Assembly (NCBI GenBank): GCA_024103415.1
Contig: JAGFIR010000193.1
Span: forward strand, 1-55,539
Length of the DNA: 55,539 nucleotides
Reading direction: 5' to 3'
DNA from: Acidimicrobiales bacterium
Lineage (GTDB): Bacteria; Actinomycetota; Acidimicrobiia; Spongiisociales; ZC4RG35
Positions 44,265-52,916 of the stretch are shown one piece after another (positions within the stretch are counted from its first letter, which is position 1; the number at the start of each line of letters is the position of its first letter). The notes below the pieces were generated by a model. The model saw only the letters and a program-made list of their open reading frames with translations, did not search any database and was not told the DNA's origin. Position numbers and translations under genes: made by a program.

Positions 44265-44513
44265 CTACCCGCGGGCTTCGCCGAAGACGAGGTCGGCCAG
44301 CGACCCTGCAGAGGGGTCGATCTTGCCTTCCCGCTCCAGGAGGGAACGCCAGGCCTGCTTGGTGTCGCCCTCGCCGAACCCGTCGAAGGAGACGTGGGTC
44401 ATGTTCCGGCAGACCTTGTTGGGGCTGCAGTCCTCGTCGAGGTCGATGGCGTCCGTCGCGGACTGCCAGACCGAAGCGACGATCTCTGGAGTGGACTTTT
44501 CTATCGGTGTCAC
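44265..44513 (-). CDS. Hypothetical 82-aa protein between the two MoxR/VWA modules
   Basis: GTG start, high GC3. Ends 7 nt before the coxD start. No family recognised. Confidence 0.5.
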   Translation of the reverse strand: MTPIEKSTPEIVASVWQSATDAIDLDEDCSPNKVCRNMTHVSFDGFGEGDTKQAWRSLLEREGKIDPSAGSLADLVFGEARG

Positions 44514-44550
44514 AGCTGCCCTCCTCTGCCGAGTCTACCCCCGACCGCCC

Positions 44551-45450
44551 CTACCTTCCACGAGTGGCGGCGATGGCCTCGGCGATGACGGAGACGGCGA
44601 TCTCGGCCGGTGTCGACGCCCCGATGTCGATGCCGGCCGGCCCGCTGATCCGGCTCAGGTCGGTGGCTCCCCGATAGGAGAGCCAGTCCGCCCGGTTCTC
44701 CTGCATCTTCCGGGAGCCGACCGATCCGATGTAGCCGGCCCGGCTGTCGAGGGCGGCCATGAGAGCGCCCCCGGCGAGCTCGAGATCGTGGGCGGCCACC
44801 ACCACCATGTCGGCCTCCGTCAGCGAGGCGATCACCCCTTCGGCGTGGCTGACCGTGTTGTGCTGGCTTGGCTGCCAACCGAGGACCCCGGCGATCTCCA
44901 TGAGCGCGTCGGCGATGGGGGAGGATCCGACCACGACGAGACGGGCGGCGGCCCTGAACACGTTGATCACCTGATCCTCGGTGATCCGGCCACCGCCCGG
45001 TGAGGCAAATGCCTCCGCGACGGCCGGCGGCAGGTCGGGGTCGTCCTCTGCGTACACATCGAATGACTCGATCGCGTCGGCCTGGAGACGGCCCACGAGG
45101 CAGAAGCCGATGCGCTCGTTGGCGAGGTCCCAGAGGCGCTCCGGGAGCAACTCGGCGGGTGCGATCGCCGCCGTGACCTTTCCGGGCCCACCCAGACCGG
45201 CGATGAGGGCGTCGACCTCGGAGATCTCGGCTTCGACCAGCCTGCCGGTCGTCCCGACCCCGGCGTGTTCGGACAGAGCGGCGTCGATGACGCTGGTGTC
45301 GATGCCTCCGAGACGTCCACCGCCGGGCGTGAAGGCGACGGCGCGGTTGGGGTCTTCGAGGGGCACGCCGTCAACGGACACCACCCAGCCCACGTCGGCC
45401 CGGGTCCCCGAGCGAAGACATGCGGTGACGGGAAGAGCGATGTCGAACAC
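44551..45450 (-). CDS. XdhC-family protein (CoxF/CoxI-like), N-domain lacking the GGC motif
   Basis: Rossmann part LVVVGSSPIADAL, VVVAAHDLE, YIGSVGSRKM and PAGIDIGASTPAEIAVSVIAE. The N-domain has GGRLGGID instead of the S-GGC-xE found in the other two paralogs. Confidence 0.75.
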   Translation of the reverse strand: MFDIALPVTACLRSGTRADVGWVVSVDGVPLEDPNRAVAFTPGGGRLGGIDTSVIDAALSEHAGVGTTGRLVEAEISEVDALIAGLGGPGKVTAAIAPAELLPERLWDLANERIGFCLVGRLQADAIESFDVYAEDDPDLPPAVAEAFASPGGGRITEDQVINVFRAAARLVVVGSSPIADALMEIAGVLGWQPSQHNTVSHAEGVIASLTEADMVVVAAHDLELAGGALMAALDSRAGYIGSVGSRKMQENRADWLSYRGATDLSRISGPAGIDIGASTPAEIAVSVIAEAIAATRGR

Positions 45451-45471
45451 GGTGGCGAGTCTAAGAGGCGC

Positions 45472-46587
45472 CTAGGAGGGGCTGTTCATGGCCATCGTGT
45501 CCAGAAGTGACACCAGACCTGCGAGGTCGTCGACGCTCGCCGCGGGAAGCAATCGGTCTATGTGGGGGAGAACCGCCTTCATGCCCCGGGTCTCCGGGCG
45601 ATAGTCCTGGCGGGCGGCCAGCGGGTTGAGCCAGATCAGCCGGTGGACCGAGCGTGAGAGCCGTCCTGCCTCCCGGGCGAGGAGCTCCGGGTCCCCGCAA
45701 TCCCAGCCGTCGGAAAGGACGAGTGCGACGGGACCGCCCCTCGCCAGTCTCCGGCTCCACTGGCGGTTCCAGGCCGCAAGGGCGTCTCCGATCTTCGTGC
45801 CTCCCGACCAGTCGAGAACCGTGCCGCCCACCGATGCGAGGGCGGACTTCACGTCCCGGCGGTCCAGATCGTCGGTGATCCGGGTGAGCCGGGTGGAGAA
45901 GGTGAACACCTCCACCGATCCGAGGTGCTGGCGGGCGGCATGGGCGAAGACGAGGAACAACTCGGCGTACCTCTCCATCGACCCCGAGATGTCGGCGATG
46001 ATGATCAGCGGGCGCTGACGGACCCGTCGGCGCCGCATCTCGATGGGGAGAAGGTCGCCACCAGGTCCAACGCTGCGACGGAGGGTGCGCCGCATGTCGG
46101 GACGCTGTCCGCCCCCATCGGGGATCCAGCGTCGGGTGCGGGTAACCGGGGGACGCCAGAACATGGTCGTGACGAGACGTCTCGCCTCGGCGAGTTGGTC
46201 CTCGTCCATGTCTGCGAAGTCGCGTGCGGCCAGACGCTCGGTGGCCGAGGACCCGGTCCGGGTGTCGACGTCGCCCACCGGGGCGGGCTCGGCGGGAGCG
46301 AAGAGCGGCTTGACCGCCTTCGGCTGCGTGTACTCGGGTGAGTAGACGGGGGCGTCCTCTTCGGCGACGCGGTGGAAGAAGGCGTCGAAGACCGTCTCGA
46401 AGGTTTCGATCTGGCCCGGGTCCGTGATGGTCAGGGACCTGAACGCGGCTCTCACCGACGGCTCGTGGGCGGGGTCGACCAGAGTCAGGGCCTGGCCCAT
46501 GTGGGCGATCTGGTCGGGTGTGACCCCGAGGCCTGCGTCCCGAAGTTCCCGGGCGAAGGAGGTCAGGTCACCGAGAGTGGTGGTCAT
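45472..46587 (-). CDS. VWA-domain CoxE-like protein (copy 2)
   Basis: 371 aa. Collinear with copy 1 (LTSFARELRDAGLGV vs LTGFGDVLRKAGMPV; MIDAS LIIIADISGSM). Confidence 0.8.
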   Translation of the reverse strand: MTTTLGDLTSFARELRDAGLGVTPDQIAHMGQALTLVDPAHEPSVRAAFRSLTITDPGQIETFETVFDAFFHRVAEEDAPVYSPEYTQPKAVKPLFAPAEPAPVGDVDTRTGSSATERLAARDFADMDEDQLAEARRLVTTMFWRPPVTRTRRWIPDGGGQRPDMRRTLRRSVGPGGDLLPIEMRRRRVRQRPLIIIADISGSMERYAELFLVFAHAARQHLGSVEVFTFSTRLTRITDDLDRRDVKSALASVGGTVLDWSGGTKIGDALAAWNRQWSRRLARGGPVALVLSDGWDCGDPELLAREAGRLSRSVHRLIWLNPLAARQDYRPETRGMKAVLPHIDRLLPAASVDDLAGLVSLLDTMAMNSPS

Positions 46588-47495
46588 CCGACCAGTTCTT
46601 CGACGCCCGCCTCCCTGACGGCCTCGATGTCGTCCTTGTACTTGAGGACCACTCCGAGAGTGCGGTCGATCAGCTCGGGGGTGAGCGACCCGGAATCGAG
46701 GAGACGGAGCGACTCGGCCCAGTCCAGCGTCTCGGCGACACCGGGTGGCTTGAACAGGTTCATCGAACGCAGACGCGCCATGGCAGAGGCCAACGAGCCC
46801 GCCAGCGCCTCGTCGATGCCGGGGACCTTGCGGCGGACGATGGCGGTCTCGGTGTCCCGATCGGGGTAGTCGATCCAGTGGTAGATGCAGCGACGCTTCA
46901 GGGCGTCGTGGATCTCGCGCGTCCGGTTGGACGTGATGATCACGATTGGCGGGTCGTCGGCGGAGATCGTCCCGATCTCGGGGATGGTCACCTGGAAATC
47001 GGACAGCAGCTCGAGGAGGAAGGCCTCGAACTCCTCATCGGCCCGATCCAGCTCGTCGATCAGGAGCACGGCGCGTCGCCCATTGCGACTCGCCTCGATC
47101 GCCTGCAGGAGTGGGCGTGCGACGAGAAAGTCCCGGCTCATGATGTCCTTGGAGCCGACGTCGCCGCCCCGGGCCTCGACGAGGCGGATCTCGAGCATCT
47201 GGCGGGCGTAGTCCCACTCGTATAGGGCCTGGCCCACGTCCAGTCCCTCGTAGCACTGGAGACGGATCAGTTGCTCGCCTGTCATGTCGCTGAGGACTTT
47301 GGCGACCTCGGTCTTGCCGACACCCGGCTCGCCTTCGAGGAAGAGGGGCCGACCCAACTGCAGGGCGAGGTGGATGGCGACGACCAGGTCGTCTCCCGCC
47401 AGGTAGTTGCGGGCTTCCAGTGCGCCCGCCAATTCCTCGATCCGAGTGGGGATCACACCTCCCAGGCTAACCCCCGAACGTAAGAGGAATCTCAT
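46584..47495 (-). CDS. MoxR-type AAA+ ATPase, CoxD-like (copy 2)
   Basis: FLEGEPGVGKTEVAKVLS, IRLQCYEGLD, VLLIDELDRADEEFEAFLLE. Closely parallels copy 1. The start is uncertain: ATG 47495 is followed by rare codons, and an in-frame GTG about 39 nt downstream is possible. Confidence 0.8.
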   Translation of the reverse strand: MRFLLRSGVSLGGVIPTRIEELAGALEARNYLAGDDLVVAIHLALQLGRPLFLEGEPGVGKTEVAKVLSDMTGEQLIRLQCYEGLDVGQALYEWDYARQMLEIRLVEARGGDVGSKDIMSRDFLVARPLLQAIEASRNGRRAVLLIDELDRADEEFEAFLLELLSDFQVTIPEIGTISADDPPIVIITSNRTREIHDALKRRCIYHWIDYPDRDTETAIVRRKVPGIDEALAGSLASAMARLRSMNLFKPPGVAETLDWAESLRLLDSGSLTPELIDRTLGVVLKYKDDIEAVREAGVEELVG

Positions 47496-47579
47496 GCCCT
47501 TCTCAGGGTGGTCTTACGCGGGTTTCCGAAGCTGATCTCAGAAGTTGCCAGAGAAGCACTCAGAGGAAAGGAGCCCGAG

Positions 47580-48017
47580 ATGCAGCTCAAGGATCAGATC
47601 AAGAAGAACTGGAAGGTGGTCACCGCCGTGACCGCGGTGTCGGCGATCGGAATCAGCGGTCTTGCGGCCGCTGCTCCCGGGCTCGGAGCCAGGGACGTGG
47701 ATCCGATCAACCTGAACGACCGCACCGAGATCACCGATGTGACCACTTCGACGACCTCCCCGTCGATCCCGGGTGTGTCGTTCGGTGACCTGGACCCCAC
47801 CAACAACTCGCCGTTCGACTCGCTGGACACCGCCACTGCCAGCCTGCAGACGGTGAGCCCGATGTCCCCGGCCAGCCCGGTGTCCCCGGTGTCGGCCCAG
47901 TCGCCGGCCTCGCCCCAGAGTGTCGACTCGCCGGTCAGCGCCCAGTCGCCGGTTTCACCCATCTCGGTGGACTCCCCGGCCTCGGTCGACTCTCACGACA
48001 GCGTCGACACCCCCTGA
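47580..48017 (+). CDS. Secreted protein with C-terminal Ser/Pro-rich degenerate repeats
   Basis: ATG after 'aggaaaggag'. Signal-like VVTAVTAVSAIGISGLAAAAPG. The C-terminus is SPMSPASPVSPVSAQSPASPQSVDSPVSAQSPVSPISVDSPASVDS. Confidence 0.65.
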   Translation: MQLKDQIKKNWKVVTAVTAVSAIGISGLAAAAPGLGARDVDPINLNDRTEITDVTTSTTSPSIPGVSFGDLDPTNNSPFDSLDTATASLQTVSPMSPASPVSPVSAQSPASPQSVDSPVSAQSPVSPISVDSPASVDSHDSVDTP

Positions 48018-48042
48018 CAAACCCCTCCTCCGAACCGAAGGG

Positions 48043-48260
48043 CCGCCTTTGTCCCCCTGGCCTTTGTCCCCCTGGCCTTTGGCCAGGGGGAAGGGGGCCC
48101 CACGGCCTTGCCGTGGGGTAGGGGGCAGTGCCGAACCCGTGAACCACCTCCCGCGCGAGGTCTTCTTGTTGAGAACGACTGCCCCCTACCTCCCGCCTCC
48201 GCTTCGCTACGGCGGGAGGGACCTTCCCCCCTCGCCTACGGCTCAGGGGGACGAAGGGCG
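48043..48260. repeat. MITE-like nested-palindrome element (type A), second copy
   Basis: TIRs ccgcctttgtccccctg...cagggggacgaagggcgg. The core gtagggggcagtg...cgactgccccctacctcccgcc matches 24739-24937. The left arm 'cctttgtccccctgg' is duplicated. Confidence 0.8.
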
Positions 48261-48269
48261 GTTCCTCTC

Positions 48270-48298
48270 GGAACCGCGGTAGTTCGGGACGCGTCAAA
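48270..48298 (+). promoter_or_regulatory. Candidate ECF-type (autoregulated) promoter
   Basis: GGAAC (48270-48274), a 17-nt spacer, then CGTC (48292-48295) overlapping TCAAA. It lies 13-40 nt upstream of the possible sigma-factor starts. Confidence 0.4.
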
Positions 48299-48310
48299 TG
48301 ACAGATTCTG

Positions 48311-48871
48311 GTGGATGCCGGACACATAGAGACGCACGTGCAATCCGATCGCCATCGCCGCTTCGAGGCCCTCGCCGCCGAGGTGTTCGACCCGCTCCAG
48401 CGCTACCTGCTGAGGCGCATGAACGCCGACGACGCTGCCGACGCGTTCTCCGAGACCCTCATGACCATCTGGCGTCGTCTCGACGACGTCCCCTCGCAGA
48501 ATCCTCTCCCGTGGTGTTACGGGGTGGCCCGCCGGGTCGCCTCGAACCACCGTCGGGGCAGGAAGCGCCACCTCCAGCTCGTGGAACGGCTGGAGCGGGA
48601 GCCGGCTCCGGCACCCTCGGAGGAGTTCGCCGATCCCGAGCTGGAGGCCGCGCTCGCCGCTTTGCCCGACTCCGACCGCGAGTTGTTGCATCTCTGGGCC
48701 TGGGAGGGTCTCGAGCCGCGTGACATCGCCACGGTCACCGGCCTGACCGTCAACGCCGCCACTCTCCGTCTCAGCCGGGCCCGAAAGAAGCTGGCCGAGA
48801 AGATGACACGACAGGATCTCCGCACCTCCGGACAGGAAAGGGTCGGACGCACCAAGGAGCAGCCCACATGA
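48311..48871 (+). CDS. ECF-family RNA polymerase sigma factor
   Basis: Region 2 (FEALAAEVFDPLQRYLLRR...DAADAFSETLMTIW) and region 4 (LPDSDRELLHLWAWEGLEPRDIATVTGLTVNAATLRLSRARKKL). GTG start at 48311 or 48338. Confidence 0.85.
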   Translation: MDAGHIETHVQSDRHRRFEALAAEVFDPLQRYLLRRMNADDAADAFSETLMTIWRRLDDVPSQNPLPWCYGVARRVASNHRRGRKRHLQLVERLEREPAPAPSEEFADPELEAALAALPDSDRELLHLWAWEGLEPRDIATVTGLTVNAATLRLSRARKKLAEKMTRQDLRTSGQERVGRTKEQPT

Positions 48872-49437
48872 GAGATGAGTTGAGAGAGCGGCTCGCCCGC
48901 CTCGATCCCATGCCCCCGGGTGTGCCCACGAAACCCATGACGACACCGTCGTCACGACAACTGTTGGAGGAAGTAATGAGCACACATGTCGAGGAGCGCA
49001 CCAGCAACCGCAGATGGCTCCCCGCCGCTGCCGCCCTTGCGGTGGTCGCGGGTATCGCCGCCGCGTTCGCACTCGGCGGTGGCAACGCCGCCCAGCCACT
49101 GGTCCTCTCCGCCGGTCACGACGATCCGATGGCGATGTGCATCCAGTTCTCCGTCGAGGAACTGGCCAAGGCGCCGCTCGCCTTCGAGGGCGTGGTCACC
49201 TCGGCCGACGGCGAGACCATCGAGCTGGATGTCGCCAGGTGGTTCAAGGGCGGCGACGCCGACACGGTGGTCCTCGAGGCCCCGGCCGGCATGGAGGCGC
49301 TGATCGGTGGCATCCCGTTCGAGGAGGGTGGGAGCTACCTGATCACCGCCTATGACGGAACGGTGAACTACTGCGGGTTCTCCGGCCCGGCGACGGCCGA
49401 CCTGCGGGCGGCCTTCGACGAGGCCTTCGGCGGCTGA
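48868..49437 (+). CDS. Putative anti-sigma factor / single-pass membrane protein
   Basis: ATGA overlap with the sigma gene. Cytoplasmic N-terminus, TM WLPAAAALAVVAGIAAAFAL, and an extracytoplasmic domain of about 110 aa. Confidence 0.6.
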   Translation: MRDELRERLARLDPMPPGVPTKPMTTPSSRQLLEEVMSTHVEERTSNRRWLPAAAALAVVAGIAAAFALGGGNAAQPLVLSAGHDDPMAMCIQFSVEELAKAPLAFEGVVTSADGETIELDVARWFKGGDADTVVLEAPAGMEALIGGIPFEEGGSYLITAYDGTVNYCGFSGPATADLRAAFDEAFGG

Positions 49438-49462
49438 GGTCTCCCTGCGGGACCGTGCGATT

Positions 49463-49489
49463 GGAGCCCGGGCTTCGTGCCCGGGCTCC
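49463..49489 (+). terminator. Stem-loop terminator candidate
   Basis: ggagcccggg-cttcgtg-cccgggctcc forms a 10-bp GC stem followed by 'tt'. It lies 26 nt after the anti-sigma stop. Confidence 0.5.
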
Positions 49490-49630
49490 TTGGCGTCCAG
49501 CGGATGATCGAGATTCGACCGGGCACGGGCACTCCGGTCGGAGGGCGAGACATCGGGAGGGGTGGAGAGGGTTGCGGCCGCACTACGCAGGTCCGCTTGG
49601 CCGCTCCGCCGCCATATCCTGTCAACCTAC

Positions 49631-50962
49631 GTGTTCGACACCCTGACCAGTCGCTTCGAGAATGTCTTCGCCACGCTGCGTGGCAAGGGCAAGCTGTCCG
49701 AAAAGGACATCGACCAGGCGCTCCGCGACGTCCGCATCGCCCTGCTCGAGGCCGACGTCAACGTCGGCGTCGTCCGGGACTTCCTCGCCAGGGTGCGGGA
49801 GCGGGCGCTCGGTGAGGACGTCTCCAAGGCGATCACCCCCGGTCAGCAGGTCATCAAGATCGTCCACGAGGAGCTGATCCAGACCCTGGGTGGGGAGACC
49901 GAGGGATTGGCCAGGAAGCGCCCACTGGTCATCCTCATGGTCGGTCTCCAGGGATCCGGCAAGACGACCACCGCCGCCAAGCTCGCCCACTCGTTGAAGG
50001 GCCAGGGCCGGAAGCCGCTACTGGTCGCCGCCGACCTGCAGCGTCTGGCCGCCGTCGATCAGCTGGAGACCCTGGGCTCCCGGATCGACGTCCCCGTCCT
50101 CTCCGACCGGAAGTCCAAGCCGGTCAAGCTCGTCAAGAGCGCCCGCAAGGAGGCGGAGAAGACCGGACGCGACGTGATCATCGTCGACACCGCCGGGCGC
50201 CTCCAGATCGACAGGGAACTGATGGACGAACTGGCGTCGGTCCACAAGGCGATCGAGCCCGACGAAGTGCTGTTGGTCGTCGACGCCATGACCGGTCAGG
50301 ACGCCGTCAACGTGGCCAAGGGTTTCCAGGACCAGATCGGCATCACGGGTGTCGTCCTCTCCAAGCTCGACGGGGACGCCCGCGGCGGTGCCGCCATCTC
50401 GGTCCGGGCCGTGACGGGTGCTCCGGTGAAGTTCGCCGGGATGGGGGAGGGAATCGGAGATCTCCAGCCGTTCCACCCCGAGCGCATGGCCTCTCGCATC
50501 CTCGGGATGGGCGACGTCCTCAGCCTGATCGAGAAGGCCCAGGAGAGCTTCGACCAGAAGGAAGCCGAAGAGGCGGCGCGCAAGATGCAGAAGGGTGAAT
50601 TCACCCTCGACGACTTCCTGAAGCAGTTCCAGACCATCCGCCGGATGGGGTCTCTGAAGGACATCGTTGCTATGCTTCCGGGGGCCGGTTCGCTCTTGCG
50701 TGAGGTCGATGTCGACGACAAGGACCTCAAACGGGTCGAGGCAATCATCCAGTCGATGACGCCCCAGGAGCGCCGGAACCCCAAAATCATCGGTGGCAGC
50801 CGAAAACGCCGGATCGCGGCCGGGTCGGGAACCAGCCCGCAGGAGGTGAACCGGCTGCTCAAGCAGCACACCGAAGCACAGAAGATGATGAAGTCGTTGG
50901 CCGGGGGAAAGGGCTTGCCCAATCTGGGCGCCCTCGGCGGCGGCCGACGAAACAAGAGGTGA
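49631..50962 (+). CDS. ffh: Signal recognition particle protein Ffh
   Basis: GTG start (VFDTLTSRFENVFATLRGKGKL...). GLQGSGKTTTAAKLA, DTAGRL, SKLDGDARGGAA, and the Met-rich M domain. Confidence 0.92.
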   Translation: MFDTLTSRFENVFATLRGKGKLSEKDIDQALRDVRIALLEADVNVGVVRDFLARVRERALGEDVSKAITPGQQVIKIVHEELIQTLGGETEGLARKRPLVILMVGLQGSGKTTTAAKLAHSLKGQGRKPLLVAADLQRLAAVDQLETLGSRIDVPVLSDRKSKPVKLVKSARKEAEKTGRDVIIVDTAGRLQIDRELMDELASVHKAIEPDEVLLVVDAMTGQDAVNVAKGFQDQIGITGVVLSKLDGDARGGAAISVRAVTGAPVKFAGMGEGIGDLQPFHPERMASRILGMGDVLSLIEKAQESFDQKEAEEAARKMQKGEFTLDDFLKQFQTIRRMGSLKDIVAMLPGAGSLLREVDVDDKDLKRVEAIIQSMTPQERRNPKIIGGSRKRRIAAGSGTSPQEVNRLLKQHTEAQKMMKSLAGGKGLPNLGALGGGRRNKR

Positions 50963-50966
50963 ATTG

Positions 50967-51416
50967 ATGGCTGTCAGGATGAGACTGATACGGATGGGCA
51001 AGAAGAAGCAGCCCATGTACCGCATCGTCGTCGTGGACGGGCGTCGCCAGCGCGACTCCCGCTACATCGAGCAGATCGGCCGCTACGAGCCGCTCCAGAA
51101 CCCCTCGCTCATCGAGGTGGACAACGAGCGCGCCGCCTGGTGGCTGGCCAAGGGCGCCAAGCCGTCCGAGCGCGTGGAGAAGCTCCTCAACATCTCCGGA
51201 GCGATGACCACGATGAAAGTCCAGGCCGGCAAGGTCCACGTCGTGGGCGTCGAGAAGGCGAAGACCGAAGAGAAGCCCGCTGCCGAGGAGGCTCCGGCAG
51301 ACGAGCCCGCGGCGGAGGCCGCAGAAGCTCCGGCCGAGGAGCCCGCCCCCGAGGCTGCCGCGACCGAAGAGGTCGCCGAGGAGCAGCCCGCCGAGGCCAC
51401 CTCCGAGGAGGAGTGA
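50967..51416 (+). CDS. rpsP: 30S ribosomal protein S16 with acidic Ala/Glu/Pro-rich C-terminal extension
   Basis: MAVRMRLIRMGKKKQPMYRIVVVD...; the tail is EEKPAAEEAPADEPAAEAAEAPAEEP... Confidence 0.9.
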   Translation: MAVRMRLIRMGKKKQPMYRIVVVDGRRQRDSRYIEQIGRYEPLQNPSLIEVDNERAAWWLAKGAKPSERVEKLLNISGAMTTMKVQAGKVHVVGVEKAKTEEKPAAEEAPADEPAAEAAEAPAEEPAPEAAATEEVAEEQPAEATSEEE

Positions 51417-51667
51417 TGGCCAAGGGCGAGATCGTCGAGCGGGTCGTCAGCTACATCGTCAAGAGCATCGTCGACGAGCCCGAAGAGGTCGTGGTCGACG
51501 TCATCGAGCAGGGGCCCAACGAGGTCGTTGCCGAGGTCCGCACCGCCAAGGGTGATCTCGGTCGCGTCATCGGGCGCCGGGGCCGCGTCGCCAAGGCGAT
51601 TCGCGCCGCCGCCGCAGCAGCCGGCGAAGAGGAAGGGATCGTCGCCGGCGTTGAGTTCGTCGACTGA
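51416..51667 (+). CDS. KH-domain RNA-binding protein (YlqC family)
   Basis: 83 aa with GDLGRVIGRRGRVAKAIR (the GxxG KH motif). The start overlaps the rpsP stop. Confidence 0.85.
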   Translation: MAKGEIVERVVSYIVKSIVDEPEEVVVDVIEQGPNEVVAEVRTAKGDLGRVIGRRGRVAKAIRAAAAAAGEEEGIVAGVEFVD

Positions 51668-51671
51668 GCCG

Positions 51672-52142
51672 GTGAGGGTCGCCCGACTGGGCCGTCCCCA
51701 CGGTCTCGACGGGTTCTTGGGTCTATACGTGGACGAGGAAGATCTCGTCCACTTCGCAGTAGGGTCGACCGTCCGGGTCGGCGAACAGGCCATGACCGTG
51801 CGTGCGATTCGTCGCGTCGACAAAGGCTGGCAGGTCGCCTTCGAAGGAGTGACCGGCCGCGATTCCGCTGACCGGATCCGCAACCAGGACGTCTTCGTCG
51901 AGACCCTCCGGGAACTGGCCGAGGGCGAGTACTGGGACGACGACCTGATCGGTCTCGAGGTCCGCCCCGTCGGGGGCGAGGTCGTCGGCGTCGAGCACGG
52001 ACCGGTCCAGTCCCGTCTGGTCATCGAAAAGGACGGCGCCACCTTCGAGGTTCCCTTCGTGGAAGCCCTGGTTCCCGTGGTCGATCTCGATGGCGGGTTC
52101 ATCGAGATCGTCGACCTCCAGGGGCTGGTTCCCGAGGCGTAG
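51672..52142 (+). CDS. rimM: Ribosome maturation factor RimM
   Basis: GTG start (VRVARLGRPHGLDGFL...). PRC-barrel C-terminus. Conserved position after rpsP and KH. Confidence 0.85.
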   Translation: MRVARLGRPHGLDGFLGLYVDEEDLVHFAVGSTVRVGEQAMTVRAIRRVDKGWQVAFEGVTGRDSADRIRNQDVFVETLRELAEGEYWDDDLIGLEVRPVGGEVVGVEHGPVQSRLVIEKDGATFEVPFVEALVPVVDLDGGFIEIVDLQGLVPEA

Positions 52143-52151
52143 TCTCCACCC

Positions 52152-52916
52152 GTGAGCGATTCCCGCACCCGTCGCACGGTCTTCCTGGCGCTGGGGCTGG
52201 CGCTGATCAGCGTCGTCCTGGCACTCCTCATCTCGGGCTTGCTCCCGGAGAGCAATCTCGGCTCGGAGCCGGAGGAGACGGTCCCGTTCGACGAAGAGAT
52301 CTCGACGGTCCGCATCGATCTCGACAACTCCTACGTCGAGTTCTTCACGGGCGGGACCAATGTCGTGGTGGAGCGCTCGACGGCCGTGGGCGAGGCGAAG
52401 GAGACCGTGTCCGGCGACACCCTCGTCGTCGAGTTCGACTGCCCGTTCCTGGGCCTGGGGTGCAAGGGGTCCTACCGGATCAACGTGCCCCCGGGAACGA
52501 GACTCGAGGGCTCCACCGACAACGGGGCCATCCTCCTCGTCGACGTCGACGGGCCCGTCGATCTCTCCACGTCCAACGGCCGGATCGAGATGCAGCGGGT
52601 CACCGCCGACACCGTCGTCCTCCACACCTCGAACGGCGCCATCACCGGGTGGGGGGTGACCACCCCATCGGTCGACCTCCGCACCAGCAACGGGCGCATC
52701 GAGGTCTCGTTCGCCGAAGCGCCGGATTCGGTACGGGCCCGGACCAGCAACGGGCGCATCGAGATCCTCGTCCCCAGCGGCTCGGGTCCCTACCGCGTCG
52801 ATGCCAGCGCCAGCAACGGGCGGACGCAGATTGACGTCGACACATCGAGATCGGCGGAACTGGAGATGGATCTGTCCACCTCCAACGGCAACATCTTCGT
52901 CAGGTACGCCGACTGA
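52152..52916 (+). CDS. DUF4097-like beta-helix repeat protein with N-terminal TM anchor
   Basis: GTG start. TM VFLALGLALISVVLALLISGLL. Repeated (S/T)SNG(R/A/N)I units occur about every 20 aa (TDNGAI, TSNGRI x4, TSNGAI, ASNGRT, TSNGNI). Confidence 0.75.
   Translation: MSDSRTRRTVFLALGLALISVVLALLISGLLPESNLGSEPEETVPFDEEISTVRIDLDNSYVEFFTGGTNVVVERSTAVGEAKETVSGDTLVVEFDCPFLGLGCKGSYRINVPPGTRLEGSTDNGAILLVDVDGPVDLSTSNGRIEMQRVTADTVVLHTSNGAITGWGVTTPSVDLRTSNGRIEVSFAEAPDSVRARTSNGRIEILVPSGSGPYRVDASASNGRTQIDVDTSRSAELEMDLSTSNGNIFVRYAD

Noticed and set aside
42226-47495. MoxR AAA+/VWA pairs as a stand-alone anti-phage or stress module
   Set aside because: They sit in immediate context with form I coxMSL, coxG and three XdhC-like genes. 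The CoxD/CoxE maturation role is therefore the simplest reading; only the duplication itself is flagged as unusual.
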